Shown here in pieces: positions 54,539 through 62,626 of a stretch of 64,000 nt of DNA (its first letter is position 1; each line of letters opens with the position of its first letter). Below the pieces are notes generated by a model. It was not told the DNA's origin and did not search any database. It saw nothing but the letters and a program-made list of their open reading frames with translations. The stretch is from positions 2,010-66,009 of the forward strand of contig JAYWGM010000061.1 of NCBI GenBank assembly GCA_043778225.1, written 5' to 3'. This DNA is from Deinococcales bacterium (lineage in GTDB: Bacteria; Deinococcota; Deinococci; Deinococcales; JAAFIG01). The translations under genes and the position numbers were made by a program.

Positions 54539-57013
54539 ATGCAATCCATTGCCACCATTGTCGTCAGTCCAACCCTACCCGCCAACCTTAAAGCCTTAGA
54601 AAGTATCTCGAGCAACCTCTGGTGGACATGGAATCCAGAAGCCCAAGCGCTGTTTATGGCGGTCAATCCAACGGTTTGGGAAAGCACCAACCACAACGCG
54701 GTGCGGGTCTTACAAGAAGCCTCACAGTCGGACTTTGATCGGGTCAGCCAGAACGAAAACTTTGTGGCAGATTTAGAACGGACGTTCCAGCGTTTTCAGC
54801 GTTATATCAGTTCTGACAGCACTTGGTTTAAGCAGCATCACCCCGATTTTCAGGGCATGATTGGTTATTTTTGCATGGAGTACGGGCTGCATGAATCCCT
54901 ACAAATTTACTCGGGTGGCTTGGGTGTGCTGGCTGGCGACCACTGCAAAAGCGCTTCGGATTTGGGGCTGCCATTTGTAGCGGTTGGGTTGCTGTTCCGC
55001 GATGGCTATTTTCATCAGCAACTCGATGCCACGGGCTGGCAGGGCGAGCGCTATGAAATCATCAATCCAAATAAACAGCCTTTGACCTTGGCTCGAGACG
55101 AAAACGGCGAAACTATTAAAATCAAAGTCGAAGTCTCGAGTCGTCTTGTTACCGTCCAGGCGTGGCGTTTAGACATCGGGCGTATCAGCTTGTATTTACT
55201 CGATACCGATTTACCCGAAAACCCCGAAGCTGATAAAGCCATTACCAAGCGCTTATATGGCAAGGGCGAAGAGTTGCGGGTGGCTCAAGAATTGGTACTG
55301 GGGGTGGGCGGCTTACGGCTGATGCGTGTCCTCAAAATGCCAATCACGGTCTACCACATGAACGAAGGACACGCTGCCTTTTTGGGTCTCGAGCGGCTGC
55401 GTGAATACCGCGAGGCTGGACTCGAATGGAGTGCTGCCATCGAATTGGTTGCCTCGAGTGGGATTTTTACCACCCATACGCCAGTACCGGCGGGCAACGA
55501 CTCGTTTGGAATGCCCCTGATTGACCGCAAACTGAGTTACTGGGCAAAAGCCTTAAATGTGGCTAAAGAAGATTTGTATGCCCTTGCGACGCAACAACAA
55601 AAATGGGGTTCGACCTTTTCGATGACCGTGCTGGCACTGCGTTTAAGCCGCTATGCCAACGGTGTTTCGGAACTTCACGGACAAATTTCTAGGGGGATGT
55701 GGAGCTTTTTATGGGATGGCGCAGATGCCCCAGAAATTCCAATTAAGCACGTCACCAACGGGATTCATACCCGAACATTTTTAGCCCATGAACTGGCAGA
55801 ACTCTACGATGCGGCTTTTCCTAAATACTGGGATAGCCAACTCGAGAACCCGCAAGTCTGGCAACTCGAGAAAATCGAAGACAATAAGCTCTGGGAAGCC
55901 CGTTTAAGCCTTAAAAAGAAACTGGTTGAGTTCACCCGCAGCCGACTGCGCCGCGCCAACGAACGCAACAACACGGCTGGCAGTACCCATGTGTTGGATG
56001 AAACTGCCTTAACAATCGGCTTTGCACGCCGCTTTGCGACCTATAAACGGGCTACCTTGCTGTTCCGCGACCTCAACCGCCTTAAACGGATTGTCAACAA
56101 CCCCGAGCGCCCGGTGCAATTTATTTTTGCTGGTAAAGCCCACCCTGCCGATAACCCCGGCAAGGAATTTATCCAACAACTCTGGCGCTACTCTCAAGAC
56201 CCAGAGTTAATCGGAAAAATTGTTTTTCTCGAGGACTACGACATGAACGTGGCGCGGCACTTGGTTCAAGGCTCAGACATCTGGCTCAACAACCCGCGCC
56301 GCCCACTCGAGGCATCTGGCACAAGCGGCGAAAAAGCCAGCTTAAATGGTTGCCTCAACTTTAGTATTTTGGATGGCTGGTGGCGCGAGGCATACGACGG
56401 CACAAACGGCTGGGCAATCGGCGACGAACGCGAATTTGCCGAAGACGACGAAAGCCTACGCATCCAAGATGACCGCGACTGCCAAAGCCTTTACGACATT
56501 CTCGAGTACGAAATTGCACCGCTTTATTACGGCGAAAAACACGCTTGGCTGGAACGTGTCCGCAATGGCATCCGCACGGTTGCCCCAAAATTCTCGATGC
56601 AGCGCCAAGTGATTGATTATGTCCAAGAACTCTATACCCCAGCCGCCACTCGAGCCACTGCTCTGACGATAGACCAAGCCACCGACATTGCCACATGGAA
56701 AGCCACCCAACGGGCGGGTTGGCAAGAGGTTCGGCTCAGTGCGCTGCTTGAAGAAAATAACCATGTTCGCGCTCGAGTCTGGCTGGGTAAACTTTTGCCA
56801 GCCGATATTCAAATTCAGGCGGTGGTCTCGAGAAATGGAGTCTTTCAACGCACACCGCTAACCCTCGAGAAAACCCACGAAGACGGCTGGCTCGAGTATA
56901 CAGGCAGTGTCACCATGCCCGAAGCTGGCGAATGGCAACTTGGGGTTCGGGCTGTGCCATACCGCGAGGATTTAAGCAACCCACTCGAGGTCGGCTTACT
57001 GCGCTGGGCATAG
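54539..57013 (+). CDS. glgP: Alpha-glucan phosphorylase (GT35)
   Basis: 824 aa. PLP-lysine region EASGTSGEKASLNG. N-terminal alpha-glucan-phosphorylase-specific domain. Confidence 0.9.
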   Translation: MQSIATIVVSPTLPANLKALESISSNLWWTWNPEAQALFMAVNPTVWESTNHNAVRVLQEASQSDFDRVSQNENFVADLERTFQRFQRYISSDSTWFKQHHPDFQGMIGYFCMEYGLHESLQIYSGGLGVLAGDHCKSASDLGLPFVAVGLLFRDGYFHQQLDATGWQGERYEIINPNKQPLTLARDENGETIKIKVEVSSRLVTVQAWRLDIGRISLYLLDTDLPENPEADKAITKRLYGKGEELRVAQELVLGVGGLRLMRVLKMPITVYHMNEGHAAFLGLERLREYREAGLEWSAAIELVASSGIFTTHTPVPAGNDSFGMPLIDRKLSYWAKALNVAKEDLYALATQQQKWGSTFSMTVLALRLSRYANGVSELHGQISRGMWSFLWDGADAPEIPIKHVTNGIHTRTFLAHELAELYDAAFPKYWDSQLENPQVWQLEKIEDNKLWEARLSLKKKLVEFTRSRLRRANERNNTAGSTHVLDETALTIGFARRFATYKRATLLFRDLNRLKRIVNNPERPVQFIFAGKAHPADNPGKEFIQQLWRYSQDPELIGKIVFLEDYDMNVARHLVQGSDIWLNNPRRPLEASGTSGEKASLNGCLNFSILDGWWREAYDGTNGWAIGDEREFAEDDESLRIQDDRDCQSLYDILEYEIAPLYYGEKHAWLERVRNGIRTVAPKFSMQRQVIDYVQELYTPAATRATALTIDQATDIATWKATQRAGWQEVRLSALLEENNHVRARVWLGKLLPADIQIQAVVSRNGVFQRTPLTLEKTHEDGWLEYTGSVTMPEAGEWQLGVRAVPYREDLSNPLEVGLLRWA

Positions 57014-57018
57014 AAAGA

Positions 57019-57732
57019 TTATTTTTTACTGAAAATCGGGTGGTTTTTGAATTGGTCAAAGACCACCCAGCCAATTAGTGCGCCAAGACTCAAAATGGTC
57101 ACTGCCAGCACCAAGGTTTTTAAGCGTTCAAAGTCGCTGCCAAAGTATGCCACCACAAAAACCAAAGGCGTGACCCCACCAATTGTTCCTAAGATAAACG
57201 GCACAAACTTCATTCGCAATAAACCAGCCACAAAACTGACTCCATCTGAAGGTACTAGCGGTGATAAACGCAATGCCAGAATTGCCCAAGCCCCATAACG
57301 AGCCACGTTCTTAGCGATAATCTCGCGGATTTGGGGCGTGACCAGCTTATCTTGTAGGGTATCTCCAAAGACTCGAGCAATGCCGTAACCAAGTACAGCT
57401 GCCAGCACTGCGCCACCCCAACCAAGAAGGCTGCCCCAAATTGGACCATACGCCAACACCGCAACAATCAAGACCAGAATCATTGGAATGGCACTGATGA
57501 TTGTTTGAATAATCATCAGTACAATAATCAGCACAGGACCCCACCAGCCAAAGCCAGCCACCCACGTTTGAATCCGTCCGCGGTCGTTGCTGACCAAAAT
57601 CTGATAGCCAGTCGCCACCAATGCCCGTACCTCGGGGAAGATAAAATACACCAAGGCTAAACAGCCCAGACCAGCAAGATACACATAGGCGAGGAATGGA
57701 ATCTTAAACTTGGTTGGTTTCTCGAGAATCAC
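57019..57732 (-). CDS. TVP38/DedA (SNARE-associated) family membrane protein
   Basis: Track ORF 57019..58029 over-extends into the Uma2 gene. GTG 57732 is my best guess for the start (uncertain). Core ..RLSPLVPSDGVSFVAGL.. Confidence 0.7.
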   Translation of the reverse strand: MILEKPTKFKIPFLAYVYLAGLGCLALVYFIFPEVRALVATGYQILVSNDRGRIQTWVAGFGWWGPVLIIVLMIIQTIISAIPMILVLIVAVLAYGPIWGSLLGWGGAVLAAVLGYGIARVFGDTLQDKLVTPQIREIIAKNVARYGAWAILALRLSPLVPSDGVSFVAGLLRMKFVPFILGTIGGVTPLVFVVAYFGSDFERLKTLVLAVTILSLGALIGWVVFDQFKNHPIFSKK

Positions 57733-57820
57733 ACTGCACTGTACCTGTTTAAATATCAAACAACCGTGAGCCAAAATAGATTTTAGGTTTTGATTGCTTA
57801 TTTTTGAGTACAATAGCTCA

Positions 57821-58372
57821 ATGACCCTGCTTGCCGAAAAAACCATGACCATAGAACAGTACCTCGAGTTTGAAAAAACATCTGAGTTACGCCACGAGTT
57901 TATGGATGGACAAATCTTGGCAATGGCTGGAAGCAGCTTAAAACACAACGAAATTATTTTTAGAATCCGAAGTGCATTAACGAAGGCTGCCCAAGAAAAA
58001 CACTGCCTAATTGCTACCGAATCCCTCAAAGTAAAAACGCAGCTTGGGCGTTATCGTTATCCAGATGTGGTGGTCAGTTGCGAAATCAGTTTGGATGAAT
58101 ACTTTATCGAGAATCCCTGTTTTATTGCCGAAGTCCAATCCGACAGCACCGCCGAGACTGACAATGGCGCAAAACTCGAGGAGTACACCAAAATACCCAG
58201 CTTGCAGCGCTACGCAATTATTTCGCAAAAAACTCGTCAGGTTGTGGTCTATAAACGCACTGGCGAGACATGGACATTTGAGGTTTTGCTCGAGAATGGC
58301 GAAATCGAAATCGGGTGTCTCGAGACAACCCTAAGCCTAGACCAAATTTATGCTGATGTAACCCTAGGCTAA
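57821..58372 (+). CDS. Uma2 family (putative restriction-endonuclease-like) protein
   Basis: MTIEQYLEFE....HEFMDGQILAMAGSSLKHNEI..., ..YPDVVV.., ..EVQSDST is the Uma2/DUF820 pattern. Start at ATG 57821 or 57845. Confidence 0.8.
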   Translation: MTLLAEKTMTIEQYLEFEKTSELRHEFMDGQILAMAGSSLKHNEIIFRIRSALTKAAQEKHCLIATESLKVKTQLGRYRYPDVVVSCEISLDEYFIENPCFIAEVQSDSTAETDNGAKLEEYTKIPSLQRYAIISQKTRQVVVYKRTGETWTFEVLLENGEIEIGCLETTLSLDQIYADVTLG

Positions 58373-58702
58373 GCGCTTGGCATCTGCCCAAAGCCCTTCA
58401 AGATCGTAAAAATCTCGGGTTTCTGGGGTCATGAGGTGGACAATAATCGCCCCAAAATTGAGCAGCACCCAACGTGGGCTAGGACCTTCGATGCTGACTG
58501 CCCGAATGCCAGCATCGCGCATTTTGTCGAGCGCACTGCGTTCAAGGGCTTGAAGCTGCGGTTGGCTGGTGGCAGAAGCAATCACAAAATAATCCAAGGT
58601 CGTGCTGACTTCGGTTAAGTCCATTGCCACAATGTCGGTGGCTTTTTTGTCCTCGAGTGCTTCTTTAATAATTTGGATTTGTTCTAAAAAGTCTGGGGTC
58701 AT
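58364..58702 (-). CDS. rsfS: Ribosome silencing factor RsfS
   Basis: 112 aa. KKATDIVAMDL....DYFVIASATS..Q..A......W.L.....IIVHLM....R.FYDLE.LW. Confidence 0.9.
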   Translation of the reverse strand: MTPDFLEQIQIIKEALEDKKATDIVAMDLTEVSTTLDYFVIASATSQPQLQALERSALDKMRDAGIRAVSIEGPSPRWVLLNFGAIIVHLMTPETRDFYDLEGLWADAKRLA

Positions 58703-58747
58703 TAATGTCGCTAGTCTACTCGGTCAAATGAGCAACGTCTACGGATA

Positions 58748-60073
58748 TTAAGGAAGACGCAATTGGCGACTGGCTTCAACGGCTAACGCCCCAAATTTTC
58801 GCGCCGCATCTTTACCAAGCACAATCGAAACTGTGCCAGCCCCATCTGGGTAACGGTATGGAGTGCTGACACTTGCGCCTAAGACTCGGGCATAAAATTC
58901 GGCACTCTCGAGGTCGCCCCAAGCTCGGCGGACAATTCGGGTCGGTTCGCTGCTGACCACCTCGGATGGAATGACTTCTGGTGTACCCCAGCCGTTGCGT
59001 TCAAAATAGCGTGCCAAGGCTCGCCCAAGACCGGGTACACCACTTTGATTGACAATGGTTGGCGTGGTGGCTGGGGCTGTCTCGAGGTTTAAGGCAACAG
59101 GATTCAAAATCCCTTGGATCAAGGCTTGGACTTTGGGTAGGTCGGCAATCAAGTATGAACCATAGCGAGCGTCTTCGAGGGTTGGCAAGGTATGGAAATG
59201 CGGTGTTAAATTTCTCGAGTGTCCAAGCATACTTTGGGCAAACTCGAGGTTGGCGTTGGTAATCACATCGTTTTGTAAAGCTGAGATAAGGGTTGGAATC
59301 AGGTTTAAGGCGGCTGGACTTTTGACTTTTTGCAGCAACTTGCCAATCACTTCTTTGCCCCTGTCCATACGGGCATAATCTGAGCCGACACCGTAGCGAA
59401 AACGCAAGTAGCCTACTGCTTTTGCGCCACTTAAACGATTATTTCCGGCTGGAATATCAATGTATAAACCGGCGGCTCGGTCAGTGTATTTCATCGGCTC
59501 TGGCAAAAAAACGTCCACTCCGCCTAAGGCATCTATCACTTTAGCCACCAATTCAACATTAAAAACCACGGTGTAATCCACAGTTACACCCAACAATTGC
59601 TCGACCGATTCCTTAAAGGCTTTTGAACCACCATCACGAAAAGGTTGCTCGGCAGCAGCGTCTTTGTAGTCGGTGATTCCAGCCGCCGCCACGGCTTCTT
59701 TGCCACCAGACGGAAAACTGCTGTTCATTTTGTGCGCCCCAAAACGGTCTTCTATATAGGTATCTCGAGGAATCGAAATCACATCCACCCGTCCGGGTTG
59801 AATCCGCACAAACATCATCGTGTCGGTTCGCCCATAACGCTCGATGCCTTCGCAGGGTTCGGCTTCTAAACCAATTGGTCCATAGCCCGGTTTGCAGTAT
59901 TCGATGTCGCGCCCAGCCACGGCGATATTGACCACGGGAGTCATGCCGTTGGCAGCAATTAAATTGGGTTGGGCAACGCTTTTTTGCTTTGGTTTGGTTT
60001 CGACAATATAAAACGACAAACCACTGAGAAGTGCCAAAACCAAACCGCCCATTTGAAAAGCTCTACGCCACAT
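58748..60073 (-). CDS. LytR-CpsA-Psr (LCP) family protein with C-terminal LytR_C-like domain
   Basis: 441 aa. N-terminal TM. ..GRTDTMMFVRI......ISIPRDTY.. Confidence 0.85.
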   Translation of the reverse strand: MWRRAFQMGGLVLALLSGLSFYIVETKPKQKSVAQPNLIAANGMTPVVNIAVAGRDIEYCKPGYGPIGLEAEPCEGIERYGRTDTMMFVRIQPGRVDVISIPRDTYIEDRFGAHKMNSSFPSGGKEAVAAAGITDYKDAAAEQPFRDGGSKAFKESVEQLLGVTVDYTVVFNVELVAKVIDALGGVDVFLPEPMKYTDRAAGLYIDIPAGNNRLSGAKAVGYLRFRYGVGSDYARMDRGKEVIGKLLQKVKSPAALNLIPTLISALQNDVITNANLEFAQSMLGHSRNLTPHFHTLPTLEDARYGSYLIADLPKVQALIQGILNPVALNLETAPATTPTIVNQSGVPGLGRALARYFERNGWGTPEVIPSEVVSSEPTRIVRRAWGDLESAEFYARVLGASVSTPYRYPDGAGTVSIVLGKDAARKFGALAVEASRQLRLP

Positions 60074-60126
60074 ATCCCACAGATTATGACACTACAAATA
60101 AGATAACCATGAGACTTTTACTGTCT

Positions 60127-60528
60127 TCAAGCCAATAAGTCTTGCTGCCCCAAAGCCCTCAGCACCCGCATTGCATCCTTGGCTCGAGCATATGGCACAA
60201 AAATATGGTCATGGTAAAATGCAGCCACGACATTACAAGAAATTCCAGCTTGTGTCAGCGCTGTGGAAAATGCAGCCGTTAAACCCACCGCCTCGAGACT
60301 TGAATAAACGGTTAAGCTAATCCAAGCAAATTCAGCACCAAAATCCAGTAAAAGTTCTTCTGCTCGAGATTTCTCCAGAATCAAAGTCACGCCTTCGGCT
60401 TCGTGAAACATTCCCAAAATACCATTTGGAAGGCTCGAGCCAAGTGGTACGGTCGTAAAAACATAGGCGTTTGGATTGAGTACGGGCTGCATGGTTTGCA
60501 GCAAAATCTCGAGCTTGGTTTCGGACAT
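60127..60528 (-). CDS. ACT-domain protein (ACT_7-like)
   Basis: ORF trimmed to ATG 60528 (MSETKLEILLQTMQPVLNPNAYVFTTV..). ..WISLTVYSSLEAVGLTAAFSTALTQAGISCNVVAAFYHDHIFVP. Confidence 0.7.
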   Translation of the reverse strand: MSETKLEILLQTMQPVLNPNAYVFTTVPLGSSLPNGILGMFHEAEGVTLILEKSRAEELLLDFGAEFAWISLTVYSSLEAVGLTAAFSTALTQAGISCNVVAAFYHDHIFVPYARAKDAMRVLRALGQQDLLA

Positions 60529-60550
60529 TCTAAAATGATACTTTTTAGGG

Positions 60551-61045
60551 ATGCTACTTTGCACCTTCACCGAAGCCCTCCAATTACCTTCTAATCAAGT
60601 TGGACTCGAGCCAAAAAATTTAATCGGTCAAGCTGGTTTTGTGATTGCGGCTCGAGCCGAAGAACAATTTTATATCCTCAATAACCTGCCCGAAAATCTG
60701 CGTGAAACTTTTAAGCCGATTAACCCACGGCGTTTAGACGAAGATTTACTCGAACAATTGTGCAAACGCGCCGAGAAGCGCATTCTTGAAGCCACTTTGC
60801 TTGAAGATTTTATCAGTCAGGTCTATACAGCTTTTGAGAACAGCCATTTCTCGAGTGGCTTGATTTTACGCCGCCCATCACAAAAACATACCGAAACCGC
60901 CAAGACCAAACGCGAAGTTTTATTGGCACTGAAACGACTTTGGGTGCGAGATTGGCAATTTGAGGCAGTGCTAAAGCGCTTGGACAGCACTGGTAAAATT
61001 GGTTTGGAGGCTCAAGCCGCCTATTTGTTGCAATCTAAATTTTAA
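60551..61045 (+). CDS. Hypothetical, weak resemblance to the N-terminal PEP/pyruvate-binding (PPDK_N) region
   Basis: 164 aa. ..VGLEPKNLIGQAGFVIAAR.. and ..VLLALKRLWVRDWQFEAVLKR.. recall PpsA N-terminal motifs but are degenerate. Start uncertain. Confidence 0.35.
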   Translation: MLLCTFTEALQLPSNQVGLEPKNLIGQAGFVIAARAEEQFYILNNLPENLRETFKPINPRRLDEDLLEQLCKRAEKRILEATLLEDFISQVYTAFENSHFSSGLILRRPSQKHTETAKTKREVLLALKRLWVRDWQFEAVLKRLDSTGKIGLEAQAAYLLQSKF

Positions 61046-62550
61046 CGCTTACCTCTCGAGCCAATCAGTAAAAACCCAGCCAGCGATAAGCCCAATAAAA
61101 TCATCGCTAAGGCACTGGCTTCGCCCATTTGGTTTGGGCGGCTCAAGCGTTGGTAAATCATGGTTGTCAGGGTTGCCCATTCGGGTCTACTGAGCATTAG
61201 GCTAGCGGCAAATTCGCCAATCACCACCGCAAAGCCAAGCGCCACACCACTTCGCAGGGCGTGTTCGGTTAAAGGCAAAATAATGTACCGAAACTGCTGC
61301 CATGTGTTTGCGCCGTCTAAACTGGTAGCCTCGAGTAAACTTGGTTCGATTCGGCGCAAGGCACTGAGCATCGCTCGAGTGATTAAAGGATAGGCACTCA
61401 AGGCATAAACCGCTATCAGCAACGGCAGACTAGCCACCAGCCTTGGGTAAGCCACAATAAAAGCAACTCCCAAAACGGTACTCGAGACTGACAAAGGCAA
61501 TAAAGAAAGCGTATCCAAAATGCGGTTTTGACTGCGCCAAACACCAAGTGCATAACTGACCCCAAGTGGTACAGCCACCAGCAATGCCAGAACAGCAAAA
61601 CGCAGGTTATTCCACAGGGCTGCGCCAAGGTTGCTCGAGAAAATACGGCTTGAAGTTTCAAAAAGGTTCTGGTAATGAATCAAGGTGAAACCATCGGCAT
61701 TCAAGACACTTTTAAGGGCAACCGCCAATAAAGGCATCAGGGTCAACAGCCCTAAAAAACCAACCACAAGCCACAAGCCTACTCGAGTCCAACCTGTGGC
61801 AGTGGGTCTGAATGAATCAAATTCCTGAGCTTGGCTGCTGCGTCGCTCAAAACCCGTGACCAGCCATGCGGCGCTCAAGGTGAACAGCAATTGCAGCAGC
61901 GCTAACCCCGACGCATTCTCGAGTTCTAGCCTTTGCACACTTTGGTACATCTCGACCTCGAGCGTCGCAAAGCCAGACCCACCCAATAAAAGCGGAATCC
62001 CAAAACTGGCAAAAGTGTACAAAAAAGCCAACCCAGCCCCAATCAAAGCACTGGGTAAAGCCGTTGGCAGAGTCACAAAACGCCAAACTTGCCAAGCATT
62101 TGCGCCTTCAAGCCTTGCAACCCACTCGAGTTCAAGGCTTTGCGTGGCTAAACTGTTGATTACCAGCCGAATTGCCAAGCCAAGGTTATAAAAAATGTTT
62201 GCCAGCAGCACCAACCAGAGTGTTCCCTCGAGCTTATAAATCCAGCCTCGAGCGCCAAATAAGCTCAAGAATCCAAGGGCTGCGACCAAGATCGGTACGA
62301 CAAAAGGAACACCCAACAATGCCTCGAGCCATGCTTTGCCACGAAATGTATAGCGCCCTAACAGACTGCCAAAAACCAATGCCAAAAGTAAAATAATGCC
62401 ACTCGAGAGCAGTGCTTGGGTTAAAGTGACGATCAGTCGCTCGAGCATAAAAACGTTCAATGCCAGATTGACCCCGCGAACCAAAAGCACCAGCATAGGG
62501 TACAGCACACAAGCCAGTAAAAATAAAAGAAGCGGTGCGGCAAACAGCAT
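61042..62550 (-). CDS. ABC transporter permease with two fused MetI-like domains (iron(III)/thiamine-type)
   Basis: About 502 aa, polytopic. Two EAA-like loops (..ARLEGANAWQVWRFVTLP.. and ..ATSLDGANTWQQFRYIILP..). ATG 62550 (track ORF starts at GTG 62553). Confidence 0.8.
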   Translation of the reverse strand: MLFAAPLLLFLLACVLYPMLVLLVRGVNLALNVFMLERLIVTLTQALLSSGIILLLALVFGSLLGRYTFRGKAWLEALLGVPFVVPILVAALGFLSLFGARGWIYKLEGTLWLVLLANIFYNLGLAIRLVINSLATQSLELEWVARLEGANAWQVWRFVTLPTALPSALIGAGLAFLYTFASFGIPLLLGGSGFATLEVEMYQSVQRLELENASGLALLQLLFTLSAAWLVTGFERRSSQAQEFDSFRPTATGWTRVGLWLVVGFLGLLTLMPLLAVALKSVLNADGFTLIHYQNLFETSSRIFSSNLGAALWNNLRFAVLALLVAVPLGVSYALGVWRSQNRILDTLSLLPLSVSSTVLGVAFIVAYPRLVASLPLLIAVYALSAYPLITRAMLSALRRIEPSLLEATSLDGANTWQQFRYIILPLTEHALRSGVALGFAVVIGEFAASLMLSRPEWATLTTMIYQRLSRPNQMGEASALAMILLGLSLAGFLLIGSRGKR

Positions 62551-62626
62551 CACAGTTTATATTGGCACGAAAATACCTCGAAATACGATAAACCGCTTAC
62601 GCCAGAACTAGGATAAACTGTAGAGC

